Of a DNA stretch of 39,123 bases, positions 8,337 to 16,479 are shown in pieces. The stretch comes from a virus. Numbering within the stretch: the stretch's first letter is position 1; every line of letters begins with the position of its first letter. The stretch is taken from positions 1 through 39,123 of the IMG/VR virus record IMGVR_UViG_3300045988_068423; one strand, 5' to 3'. Made by a program: the position numbers and the translations under genes. The notes under the pieces were generated by a model that made no database searches, had not been told where the DNA came from, and worked only from the letters and a program-made list of their open reading frames with translations.

Positions 8337-9431
8337 TTATTTTTTATTTGTTAGTAACGTGTTAGTAACAGCATCCACAAGTGTCTGCGCGTCGATGTGC
8401 GTATATATGTTTGCGGTGGTGGAATAATCTGCGTGTCCGAGTATTTTTTGCAGCATTTCCGGTGGCAATCTCTCTTTTACCGCCCGGGACGCGTATGTGT
8501 GGCGTGTTGCGTGCGGGGTCTTGCGCTCTATGCCCAGCCGGTCAAGAAGTGGGTAAAAATCACGCCTGCGGAAGTTCGCCGGTACTTTTTGCCCATCGTA
8601 GCCGGATAACAGCAGCTCCCCCGTTGCTCGCTTCGCAAAGTAGGCAAAGTATTGTTTCCCCTCCGGGCGAATGGGGATAATTCGGTTTCGCCCGGCTTCT
8701 GTTTTTTCGCCGCCGATCACATAATCGCCGTGATAGTCTGCCAGCGGCAAAGAAAACAATTCCCCGATACGCATGCCCGTTGCCAGCAGCATCAAGACAA
8801 TTTTCGCCGCATCGCTGTTGTCGAATTTCAATTTACGGATATCTTCCTCCGTGAAGATGTCCTTTTCTTTTTTTATATTTTCTGGCAGCCGGACAAATTT
8901 TGCAAAATTTGTTGTGCAGATTTCCTCTCGGATTGCCCAGTTCGACATCTGCGTTATCAGCTGCTTGTACTTGTTCACGGTGGAATGGCTCTTGGCCATG
9001 TGTGGGTCAAGTACGGCCTGAAAGTCTGCGGTGCGGAGATCGCGAAACTTTTTCCCGTGCAACGGCGTAAATATGCGGTAGGCGTTGTTATATGATTCTA
9101 TCCCCTGCTTGCCGATTTCCTTGTAATGCTCCTCTTTCCACGCATCAAAGACTTCCGCAAAGGTCATATTATACCGCTCCGTTAAGCTCTTGCCGTTCAA
9201 CCGCTCCAAAGCGTCCAAAGCGTCCGTTTTGCGCTCATAGTGCCCGATAATCACTTTGTTTTTCGCGGCCACCCAAGGCGATTTTCTACGCCCCGCCAGT
9301 TTGTATACAGTTCCGGTGCCGTTTGCCCTCTTCGAAGCCTTGCGCCGCTCTGTTACCTGTTTTTTGCCACAGATATGGCAATATACAGCACCCGGGACAA
9401 GAGTTGTTCCGCATTTAATGCAGTTGCTCAT
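8337..9431 (-). CDS. int: Tyrosine integrase with N-terminal zinc-ribbon
   Basis: MSNCIKCGTTLVPGAVYCHICG zinc ribbon. C-terminal HATRHTYAS...LGHADYSTTANIYTH matches the R-H-R-Y catalytic signature. ATGA overlap with the upstream gene. Confidence 0.9.
   Translation of the reverse strand: MSNCIKCGTTLVPGAVYCHICGKKQVTERRKASKRANGTGTVYKLAGRRKSPWVAAKNKVIIGHYERKTDALDALERLNGKSLTERYNMTFAEVFDAWKEEHYKEIGKQGIESYNNAYRIFTPLHGKKFRDLRTADFQAVLDPHMAKSHSTVNKYKQLITQMSNWAIREEICTTNFAKFVRLPENIKKEKDIFTEEDIRKLKFDNSDAAKIVLMLLATGMRIGELFSLPLADYHGDYVIGGEKTEAGRNRIIPIRPEGKQYFAYFAKRATGELLLSGYDGQKVPANFRRRDFYPLLDRLGIERKTPHATRHTYASRAVKERLPPEMLQKILGHADYSTTANIYTHIDAQTLVDAVTNTLLTNKK
8350..8369 (+). repeat. attP arm-type repeats (GTTAGTAAC x2, 11-nt register), inside the int 3' end
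   Basis: GTTAGTAAC at 8350-8358 and 8361-8369, in the same orientation as 8113-8131. Confidence 0.55.
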
Positions 9432-10009
9432 TTTTCTGCTTCCTCGCCTTGTTTGGTTTTTTTGTCCGCCGCAAGAGTGGACAATAGCACGGATGTAAGT
9501 ACGCCGATACCCACCGCCAAAAGCGCAATGAAAATCCATGCAATCGTTCCGGCTGTCTTGGATCGGATCAGGCCTTCGTCCTGCACACGGTAATCAAGCG
9601 CCACATACCATGTAACTATACCCAGCAGGATAGCGGACAGCAGCGATGTGATATACAGCATCGTGCGCTGCCGCCTTGCTTTTTTCTTCTGCTCCTCTGC
9701 TGATTTAGACAGCTCATCGTATGCGCCCTCTATCCGTGCAATGCGCACATCCTCGTCATGGACTTGCTGAAGCTGCTTGATTTGGTCTTGCGCCAAAACA
9801 ACCTCTACAATGCCAAAGTAACGGTCCATAGACACCCCCAGCACCTTGCAGATGGGGCCAGCCGCATACACGCCTGGTGCTTTCGATGTGGATGCAAAAA
9901 AGTTGTTAACGCTGGACAAAGGCACACCGGATTGGTCTGCTATCTCCTGCGCCGTGATGTGCTGTTCCAGTTTTGCGTCCCGGCAAGTGTCCTGCAACGA
10001 TTTCTCCAT
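9428..10009 (-). CDS. XRE-type HTH protein with C-terminal transmembrane segments
   Basis: ITAQEIADQSGVPLSSVNNF is an HTH. Two C-terminal TM helices follow (LYITSLLSAILLGIVTWYV; IAWIFIALLAVGIGVLTSVLL). Start chosen at the RBS-preceded ATG. Confidence 0.65.
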   Translation of the reverse strand: MEKSLQDTCRDAKLEQHITAQEIADQSGVPLSSVNNFFASTSKAPGVYAAGPICKVLGVSMDRYFGIVEVVLAQDQIKQLQQVHDEDVRIARIEGAYDELSKSAEEQKKKARRQRTMLYITSLLSAILLGIVTWYVALDYRVQDEGLIRSKTAGTIAWIFIALLAVGIGVLTSVLLSTLAADKKTKQGEEAEK

Positions 10010-10300
10010 GTTTAATTGCCTTCTTCCCCTTTTTCGGGCATAGCCCGCATTATTTTGCAAACCCCAAATTTGGGGATATTGCCTTTTTTCGGGATTGCAC
10101 CGCCCGATTTGTTTTTGATATGGTATAGGTGCAAACGATAAACCGTTAGGTGATTCGTGGGCAATACCCTCCCCGTCCGGTGCGGGGATGGGGAGGGTAG
10201 AACAAAATTTCTATTTTCTACGATTTTGTTGCCCTGAACTATGCAACAAATGTCGTTTTTTAGGGTAAAGGTGAAAATACTTTACTTGGAGGGCGTACAA

Positions 10301-10501
10301 ATGATGACTTTTCCCCCAAAATGTGGTATACTTAATGAAACACCTGTACGGGAACGACTAAAAGAGGAAATTACGACTCTGACAGACCGCCAGGCTGAAT
10401 ATGTTTTAGGGAGGTTGCAAAATGAAAGAGATTGTTGGTCTATTGGTAGCAATGCTGGTCAGCTCCAATGTCTGGCTTTGGATCAATCTGTGGAATCTTA
10501 A
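10301..10501 (+). CDS. Small hypothetical protein (AT-rich cassette)
   Basis: GGAGGG RBS 7 nt upstream of ATGATG. Lower GC than its surroundings. Its 3' end overlaps the next ORF. Confidence 0.35.
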   Translation: MMTFPPKCGILNETPVRERLKEEITTLTDRQAEYVLGRLQNERDCWSIGSNAGQLQCLALDQSVES

Positions 10502-10616
10502 AAATGAACATTTCGAGTTTGCAGAGCGCATGATCGGATGGCTAACAGAACTTTGCCAACAGCCATCCGAGGATGGTTCCGGCAAGTGTTCCGAGCAACC
10601 CGCCGACAAAGTATAA
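10422..10616 (+). CDS. Small membrane protein (AT-rich cassette)
   Basis: AGGGAGG RBS 7 nt upstream. N-terminal TM segment IVGLLVAMLVSSNVWLWINLW. Its 3' end overlaps the convergent gene 10542-10751 by 75 nt. Confidence 0.4.
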   Translation: MKEIVGLLVAMLVSSNVWLWINLWNLKNEHFEFAERMIGWLTELCQQPSEDGSGKCSEQPADKV

Positions 10617-10751
10617 ATCCGCCTTGCGCTCTGCCCGCTTTCTCAGAAATTCTTCGCGCTGGAGTTTCTCGACATAATGTGGCGCCGTTTTCCCAAGCGC
10701 AACATCTGGAATTTTGATTTTTTCTCCATTTACTTCAATGTAATCGTTCAT
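10542..10751 (-). CDS. Small C-terminally membrane-anchored protein, translationally coupled to the repressor
   Basis: AAGAGG RBS. ATGA overlap with the repressor stop. C-terminal TM segment YFVGGLLGTLAGTILGWLLA. Confidence 0.65.
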   Translation of the reverse strand: MNDYIEVNGEKIKIPDVALGKTAPHYVEKLQREEFLRKRAERKADLYFVGGLLGTLAGTILGWLLAKFC

Positions 10752-11116
10752 AGCAACCTCTTAGCTTCGAGTACAATGCCCAATAGCTTCTCGCATTGCT
10801 CATCGGTCAAACCATCAACTGCATCAAGCAACGCTTTCCGTGCTGCGCTCAATCCCTCGGCATTTATGCCGGGGGCTTTTTTTATGCCCGGGTCATCCGT
10901 TTCGCCCTTTAGCCACTCCACGGATACATTGTAGATGTCGGCAATCTGATAGACATACGAAGTATACGAAGTGCTACGCCCATTCATCCAATCAGATACT
11001 ACATTTCCGCTTTTCAAGTTCAGTTTGTTTGCGAACTCTTTTAATGCCCCGTGCACAAACTTCCCGTCAGGCTTCTTGGGAATAAGAGAAAGTATGCGTG
11101 TCAGCACAATGTCCAT
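10748..11116 (-). CDS. CI-like repressor (HTH, no peptidase domain)
   Basis: FANKLNLKSGNVVSDWMNGRSTSYTSYVYQIADIYNVSVEWLKGE resembles the phage CI-repressor N-terminal HTH. It is divergent from the cro-like gene. The start could be as far upstream as 11164. Confidence 0.7.
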   Translation of the reverse strand: MDIVLTRILSLIPKKPDGKFVHGALKEFANKLNLKSGNVVSDWMNGRSTSYTSYVYQIADIYNVSVEWLKGETDDPGIKKAPGINAEGLSAARKALLDAVDGLTDEQCEKLLGIVLEAKRLL

Positions 11117-11406
11117 AAAACACCAACCAAATTTGTCACAATTACCAAAATGCATATTTTTCACGATTACCTATTGCAAATCGCGAGAATATGAGGTATC
11201 TTTATATCAGGCCCACCGGAAAAGGGTACAAAAACACCAGCCCCCACGAAAGCGGCTTTTAACAATTTCTTTTGGCGAAGGTATTGTACCGCAGTTTTTG
11301 TGGAGTGTCAAGTGTGAAACCTCATGAATATGAGTTTTTCGGTGGGCGTTGACTGCGGCGGGGATAGAAAAACCGCCCCGTGCGGTAACACGAGGCGGCT
11401 GTCCGG

Positions 11407-11538
11407 TCACTTAGACCGGCGGTTGGACAAGGCAGACGCTGCAATCGTTTTGGTGGTCTTGCTGGTCTTTCCGCTGCTCAAAGCTTTTGACGCCTTGGAC
11501 GCAACGGTCTTGCTTGTCCGCACAGAGTTTTTGGCCAT
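11407..11538 (-). CDS. Small Lys/Ser/Thr-rich basic peptide (43 aa)
   Basis: AAAGGAGGTG RBS. MAKNSVRTSKTVASKASKALSSGKTSKTTKTIAASALSNRRSK. It lies downstream of a near-consensus promoter. Confidence 0.55.
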   Translation of the reverse strand: MAKNSVRTSKTVASKASKALSSGKTSKTTKTIAASALSNRRSK

Positions 11539-11602
11539 TGGTTCACCTCCTTTCGTCAAGCCAACAAACGAGCGGAGGTAAACCGGCAATCCCTGCAGAA
11601 AC

Positions 11603-11631
11603 ATTGTAGCATATGCCCCCGCCGCAGTCAA
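11603..11631 (-). promoter_or_regulatory. Sigma-70/A-type promoter (leftward, lysogeny side)
   Basis: Minus strand reads TTGACT, a 17-nt spacer, then TACAAT. Confidence 0.65.
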
Positions 11632-11662
11632 TGAAATCTCACATATAAGGAGGGAATGAAAT

Positions 11663-11881
11663 TTGACATTGAGAGAAATGCGGGATAGAGCAAATCTTTC
11701 CTGCGCACAGGTAGGCAAGAAACTGTTTGTTGACCAGTCCTGCGTAAGACATTGGGAATACGGAGACTGGGCACCGGCACGGAAGTACTACAAGAAAATG
11801 GCGAAGCTGTACGGCGTGTCGGAGGAGGAGATTAAGGCTGCTGCGGAAGCTATCCGGGCGGCGAATAAGGAGGAACGATGA
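11663..11881 (+). CDS. Cro-like XRE HTH regulator
   Basis: AAGGAGGG RBS 7 nt before a TTG start. MTLREMRDRANLSCAQVGKKLFVDQSCVRHWEYG is HTH-like. It is the first gene of the rightward operon. Confidence 0.7.
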   Translation: MTLREMRDRANLSCAQVGKKLFVDQSCVRHWEYGDWAPARKYYKKMAKLYGVSEEEIKAAAEAIRAANKEER

Positions 11882-12075
11882 TTAAGACGATGACGATGCA
11901 AGAGTGCATGGAGCATCTTCGGGTGCATGGACTGAGCATTTCACAGGACACGCTGGCGAACGGGATCGAACAGGGTGTGTATCCTTTTGGACTGTGCGTT
12001 ATCGGAGGGAAACGGCGTGTTTTTCAGATTTTTTCCAATCTGCTGGACAAGTGGATTGCGGAGCGGGAGGAGTAA
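11878..12075 (+). CDS. Small DNA-binding protein (excisionase/MerR-like HTH)
   Basis: ATGA overlap with the cro-like gene. 65 aa, with ...RRVFQIFSNLLDKWIAE typical of Xis-type winged HTH proteins. Confidence 0.5.
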   Translation: MIKTMTMQECMEHLRVHGLSISQDTLANGIEQGVYPFGLCVIGGKRRVFQIFSNLLDKWIAEREE

Positions 12076-12077
12076 AC

Positions 12078-12227
12078 ATGACCAACCAAGAATACAGGGC
12101 GCTGGAGGATGCTTTTCTGGCACGGCACGATGCGCTGTGCGAAGATAAGAACCCGCTGGAGTGCGATTGTCCGGCCTGCCCCTGCAAGGGTATGTGTGAT
12201 GCGCTTTGCGCTGCGGAGGTGAATTGA
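12078..12227 (+). CDS. Small Cys-rich protein (49 aa)
   Basis: ATG 2 nt after the previous stop. Contains the CDCPACPCKGMCDALC cluster. Confidence 0.5.
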   Translation: MTNQEYRALEDAFLARHDALCEDKNPLECDCPACPCKGMCDALCAAEVN

Positions 12228-12325
12228 TGGACGGATATACATTGACGCTGGTCATCATCGGAGCCGCAACGGTCAGCTATTGGTTTGTGCGGCTGGTGGA
12301 CAAGCTGGATAGACCCAGCAAGTGA
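12227..12325 (+). CDS. Small membrane peptide (32 aa)
   Basis: TGATG overlap with the previous gene. MDGYTLTLVIIGAATVSYWFVRLVDKLDRPSK. Confidence 0.35.
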   Translation: MDGYTLTLVIIGAATVSYWFVRLVDKLDRPSK

Positions 12326-12344
12326 GAATTTGGGAGGAATAAAG

Positions 12345-12635
12345 ATGCAAAAACATTACTACGCCATCGTGGCTGAAAAGTGCGGCGTCCGGGTAATTAT
12401 GCGTTCGGAGCGCAATGTGACCGAGGTGGGCGATCTGGTTTGCGGCAGCAATAAGACAACCGCATATTCCGTGTACAAGGTCATCACAGAGCCACACTTT
12501 GTTCTGTGCGGAACCAGCGATGACGATTTCCTGAACGCCATGTATGCGGGGGATATACCCCAGGTTTCCAAGGTCACCCGGGATGTGTGGAAGCTGGAGC
12601 CGGAAAAGGAGGATGCATCCGATGTGGACAACTGA
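12345..12635 (+). CDS. Hypothetical protein
   Basis: GGGAGGAATAAAG RBS before ATG 12345. 96 aa. Confidence 0.6.
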   Translation: MQKHYYAIVAEKCGVRVIMRSERNVTEVGDLVCGSNKTTAYSVYKVITEPHFVLCGTSDDDFLNAMYAGDIPQVSKVTRDVWKLEPEKEDASDVDN

Positions 12636-12816
12636 TCCGGTATGGGACGCGGAGTGCTACGCCGAAGAGCAGGACAGGCAGACTGACCGGTGCCCCGTGT
12701 GCGACTGCTGCGGGGAGCCGATTCAGGAGGATTGTGCATTGCATTACAAGGGGGTTTGGCTCTGTGGCGAGTGCGTCAGCAATAATGAGGAGTATATCGA
12801 GGAGGCGTGGGAATGA
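12622..12816 (+). CDS. Small zinc-ribbon protein
   Basis: AAGGAGG RBS 10 nt upstream. Contains CPVCDCCG...CGEC. Confidence 0.55.
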   Translation: MWTTDPVWDAECYAEEQDRQTDRCPVCDCCGEPIQEDCALHYKGVWLCGECVSNNEEYIEEAWE

Positions 12817-13481
12817 GCGATAACGGAGGAAAAGGAATGCTTAAATCATTTGATGAACTTGTAAAACTGGATGTGCGTCCTTACTGCGATGTGCGGGATG
12901 CAAAGGACGAAAGCGGGGAATTAATTAAAGTCCCCTATTTGAGCTGGGCAAAGTGCGTGAAACTGCTGCACGAAAACGGCGCGGAATCCGTTTGGTATGC
13001 GCCCGTTGAATGCCCGGAAACAAAGACCTATCTTTGGCCGCAGGCAAAAGTAGTCACGAGTAAGGGGCGGGAAACCGAGTGCTGGTTTGTGCGGGTGCTG
13101 ATCCACATTGACGGCATGGAATACACCTATGACACCCCGCTGCTGAACGGATCTCTTGTTGTATACACCGATACGCTGAACCAGCTCCGCATAAACAATG
13201 CCCTGGCGAGAGCATTTGTGAAGGGCGTTGCTGTCCGCACGGGGCTTGGATTTGACTTGTGGGCAGGGGGAGATACCGACGATGGCGAGGACGATTTGAG
13301 CCGCCATAGCATTTGGGCAATAAAAGAGCGGCTGGAAAGGCTCATCACCATCAAGGAAAAGAACGGCCTTGACCACCGAGATTTGCTGGCCAGTGTTGGC
13401 ATTAGCGACAAGCAGCTAAATAACCTTATGGGATATTTCGCGACGATTGACAAGCTTGAAAAGGCGGTCAGCAAACTGTGA
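12813..13481 (+). CDS. Single-strand annealing protein (DUF1071/Sak3-like recombinase)
   Basis: VPYLSWAKCVKLLHENGAE and ALARAFVKGVAVRTGLGFDLWAGGD match the pattern I recall for this SSAP family. It is paired with a downstream exonuclease. ATGA-coupled. Confidence 0.65.
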   Translation: MSDNGGKGMLKSFDELVKLDVRPYCDVRDAKDESGELIKVPYLSWAKCVKLLHENGAESVWYAPVECPETKTYLWPQAKVVTSKGRETECWFVRVLIHIDGMEYTYDTPLLNGSLVVYTDTLNQLRINNALARAFVKGVAVRTGLGFDLWAGGDTDDGEDDLSRHSIWAIKERLERLITIKEKNGLDHRDLLASVGISDKQLNNLMGYFATIDKLEKAVSKL

Positions 13482-14065
13482 TACGGAACCACGATAGGAG
13501 CGGATGGTTTGGAGCGTCGGACACGGCTGCGATTATGGGATCGTGGGACACAGAAACATTCCGCAGATGGTGGGCTGTAAAGCTTGGTATTCGGCAAGAC
13601 CATTTTGCCAATGCGGCGATGCAGGCCGGAACGGCATACGAACACAAGATACTGGATGCCGCAAATGTCCAAACGAGAGATAGGCAGATAAAAGTGCGCT
13701 GTTTGCGGCTGCGCGTGAATTACGACGGGGAAACCCGCGACATGATACACGAGGTCAAAACGCACAGCAAGCCCGTTTTTAAGGTCACCAAGGGATATTG
13801 GATGCAGTGTCAAGTGGAGATGTACGCCAGCGGATGCGGAATCTTTAGAAAGCGGAAAGCCTGCCAAATCATCGCATATCGGATGTCACCGGCGGAATAT
13901 GAGAATTTTTTCCTTCCGATCGACATGAATAGGCTTTCCGCTCACAAGGTCGAGTATGACAGCGAGTGGATAGAATCGCAGTATCTCCCACGCCTGCGAT
14001 ATTTGGCAAAATGCTTAAAGCGCGGGAAGTGGCCGCAGTCAGAGGAGGTAATATGCAGCAAGTAA
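13478..14065 (+). CDS. YqaJ-like PD-(D/E)XK exonuclease
   Basis: GTGA overlap with the previous gene. GASDTAAIMG...GTAYEHKIL...HEVKT match the viral recombinase exonuclease motif order. Confidence 0.7.
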   Translation: MIRNHDRSGWFGASDTAAIMGSWDTETFRRWWAVKLGIRQDHFANAAMQAGTAYEHKILDAANVQTRDRQIKVRCLRLRVNYDGETRDMIHEVKTHSKPVFKVTKGYWMQCQVEMYASGCGIFRKRKACQIIAYRMSPAEYENFFLPIDMNRLSAHKVEYDSEWIESQYLPRLRYLAKCLKRGKWPQSEEVICSK

Positions 14066-14613
14066 CCGTTGATGCCGCCCGGTGGCAGCAGGACAGCGAT
14101 GGGGCGTGGCTGTGCCTCCGGGTACAGTCCCCCCAGTCGGCAATGGCCGTGTGCGACGAGCTGCAGCCGGACAAGCAGTATGTGGCGCAGATCAAACGCA
14201 AGGGCCGGAGCCTTGACGCAAATGCGTATGCGTGGGTTCTGATGGACAAGCTGGCGGCGCACTATGGGATTCCGAGGAATGATGTGTACCGGGAGGAAAT
14301 CAAGATCATCGGTGGCGTAAGCGATGTTCTGTGCATTGTATCAAAGGCGGCGGACGAGTTCTGCCGAAAATGGGAATCCAAGGGAACAGGCTGGATGGCA
14401 GAGCAAGGGCCGAGCAAAATTCCCGGCTGCGTGAATGTGACCGTCTGGTACGGCTCCAGCACCTACGATGTGGAGCAGATGAGCCGCCTTATCGACCAAA
14501 TTGTTGCCGATTGCAGGGAAGTAAACATCGAGACGCTGACCCCGCAAGAGCTGGATTCCCTGAAATCTCGCTGGGGCGAAGCCCAGCCGCTGGGAGGTGA
14601 TAAAGGTGACTGA
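14053..14613 (+). CDS. ninB: NinB/Orf-family recombination mediator
   Basis: AGAGGAGG RBS. RSLDANAYAWVLMDKLA parallels lambda NinB RSLDQNRKLWACLGDVS. The C-terminal ...LKSRWGE parallels ...WKARWGD. Confidence 0.6.
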   Translation: MQQVTVDAARWQQDSDGAWLCLRVQSPQSAMAVCDELQPDKQYVAQIKRKGRSLDANAYAWVLMDKLAAHYGIPRNDVYREEIKIIGGVSDVLCIVSKAADEFCRKWESKGTGWMAEQGPSKIPGCVNVTVWYGSSTYDVEQMSRLIDQIVADCREVNIETLTPQELDSLKSRWGEAQPLGGDKGD

Positions 14614-14887
14614 CAATAGACGGTGTTTTCTCTGTGGCAGAAATGGCGCAAGTGACCCGCTGGAGCGGCACCACATCTTCGGTGGGGCATACCGAAACAA
14701 AAGCGAGAAATACGGCCTTGTGGTGTATCTCTGCGGCGACCGGTGCCATAGAAATGGGAGCCTATCCGTACACCGCAACGGAAATCAAATGCGTCTGCTG
14801 CGCCGATATGGTCAGTTAAAGGCCATGCGGGAGCATGGGTGGACGGAAGATGACTTCCGGCGAGAATTCGGAAAAAGCTATTTGTAA
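14606..14887 (+). CDS. Small Cys/His zinc-binding protein (HNH-like phage family)
   Basis: GGAGG RBS 8 nt before GTG 14606. Contains CFLCG...ERHHIFGG...LCGDRCH. Confidence 0.55.
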   Translation: MTDNRRCFLCGRNGASDPLERHHIFGGAYRNKSEKYGLVVYLCGDRCHRNGSLSVHRNGNQMRLLRRYGQLKAMREHGWTEDDFRREFGKSYL

Positions 14888-14898
14888 GGAGGAAAAAT

Positions 14899-15276
14899 AT
14901 GGTAAACAGAATGATTTTGCAGGGGCGGCTTTGCTCTGACCCCGAACGCAGAGCCACACAGAACGGGGCAACGGTGTGCAGCTTCCGCGTGGCGTGGAGC
15001 GAAAAGGTAAAGGACAGAGAAACAAAGCTGTTCCTCCCCTGTGTGGCATGGCAGGGTACGGCGGAGATGATTTGCAGCCACTTTACCAAAGGCAAGGAGA
15101 TCATCGTAGAGGGCAAGCTCTCCAGCCGGGACTATGAGGACAAGACCGGCAACAAGCGCACTGTGGTGGAGCTGACTGCCGACAGGGTGCATTTCTGCGG
15201 CAGCAAGGATGCTACGCAGAAGCCTACGCAGACCTTCGCGGAGATTTCCGAGGACGACGGCGATTTTCCGTTTTAA
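14899..15276 (+). CDS. ssb: Single-stranded DNA-binding protein
   Basis: OB-fold pattern (NRMILQGRL..DPE.R.T.NG..V..F.VA) and an acidic C-terminal tip DDGDFPF. Confidence 0.9.
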   Translation: MVNRMILQGRLCSDPERRATQNGATVCSFRVAWSEKVKDRETKLFLPCVAWQGTAEMICSHFTKGKEIIVEGKLSSRDYEDKTGNKRTVVELTADRVHFCGSKDATQKPTQTFAEISEDDGDFPF

Positions 15277-15289
15277 GGCGGTGGCGTAA

Positions 15290-15931
15290 GTGGAGAGGGC
15301 ACAATTTACGTTTTACCGCAGCTACAGGGATGCGCTGCGGGCGCTCCCCCCGAAGGAGTTCAAGGCGGCGGTGCTTGCCATCTGCGATTATGCGCTTGAC
15401 GAGGCAGAGCCGGATTTGACCGGAATCCCAAATTCTGTTTTTATTTTGATTCGCCCAACGCTGGACAGTGGGAGAATCAAAGCTGCAAACAGGGCGAAGA
15501 AAGCGGTAACAAACGCAGAACAAACGCATAACAAAAAGCAAACAAAGCAAAAACAAACCCGCAAGGAGAAAGAGGGGGGGAAAGAGGGAGAGAAGGAGGG
15601 AGAGAAGGAGAACGATAGTTCTCCCCCTATAGTCCCCCCCGACGGTCTCGCTTCTCTTTCACCGGCTTTGCGCGGCGCTGTGGAAGACTGGCTGCGATAC
15701 AAGACCGAGAAGCGGGAGCCTTACAAGCCCCAGGGGCTGAAATCTCTTGTCACAGAGGTGAAAAACAACGCGGACAGGTACGGAGATGCTGCGGTCATTA
15801 AGGTCATTACCCAGAGCATGAGCAATAACTACCGCGGCATTGTTTTCGACTGGCTCAAAAAGGCGCCTGATAGCGGCAAGAGCGGTAATGTCTTTTTGGA
15901 CATGCTGCACGAAAGGGGCGGGGCACAATGA
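15290..15931 (+). CDS. Replisome organiser / DnaD-like replication initiation protein (putative)
   Basis: GTG start. Conserved-looking N-terminus (FTFYRSYRDAL), a low-complexity K/E/G linker, and a C-terminal domain. It lies upstream of a loader-like gene. Confidence 0.45.
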   Translation: MERAQFTFYRSYRDALRALPPKEFKAAVLAICDYALDEAEPDLTGIPNSVFILIRPTLDSGRIKAANRAKKAVTNAEQTHNKKQTKQKQTRKEKEGGKEGEKEGEKENDSSPPIVPPDGLASLSPALRGAVEDWLRYKTEKREPYKPQGLKSLVTEVKNNADRYGDAAVIKVITQSMSNNYRGIVFDWLKKAPDSGKSGNVFLDMLHERGGAQ

Positions 15932-16479
15932 CGGTGGACGATACCTTGAAGATCATGGCTGTGCTGAAAGCGTCCTACCCGTCTTTTTACCGGGACATGA
16001 CCCGAAAGGACGCGGAAGGGATCGTGAATCTCTGGGCAGAGATGTTTGCGGGGGACGATTACCGGCTGGTAGCCGCTGCCGTAAAAGCGCTAATCGCATC
16101 GGATAGCAAGGGATTCCCGCCCGTCATTGGCCAGGTGAAAGACAAACTCCGGCTGTTGACGGACAAGAAGGACATGACCGAGCAGGAGGCGTGGGGGCTT
16201 GTGGCAAAAGCCGTGCGCAATGGAATCTGGGGATCGCAGGAGGAATTTGACAAACTCCCGGAGGAAGTCAGGCGCATTGTGGGCGGACCCGAACAGCTCC
16301 GCAGCTGGGCGATGATGGATAGCGACAGCCTGCATAGCGTGGTGGCCAGCAATTTCCAGCGCGCCTACCGAGTGCGGGCGGCGCAGCGGAAAGAGTATGC
16401 GGCGCTGCCTGCGGACGTCAAGGCCGTGGTGGAGCAGATAGCGGGTGGCGGCATGAAGATGCTGGAGGGCGGAGAATGA
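15928..16479 (+). CDS. G40P-loader-like (helicase loader/inhibitor family) protein
   Basis: ATGA overlap with the previous gene. The N-terminal ...YPSFY...W.EMF...FPPVIGQV pattern recalls the loader-of-G40P family. Confidence 0.45.
   Translation: MTVDDTLKIMAVLKASYPSFYRDMTRKDAEGIVNLWAEMFAGDDYRLVAAAVKALIASDSKGFPPVIGQVKDKLRLLTDKKDMTEQEAWGLVAKAVRNGIWGSQEEFDKLPEEVRRIVGGPEQLRSWAMMDSDSLHSVVASNFQRAYRVRAAQRKEYAALPADVKAVVEQIAGGGMKMLEGGE

Noticed and set aside
10062-10075. Perfect 14-bp palindrome CCCCAAATTTGGGG upstream of the HTH-membrane gene
   Set aside because: It could be an operator or a weak hairpin, but it is a single copy with no adjacent recognisable promoter or T tract. It is noted only as context.
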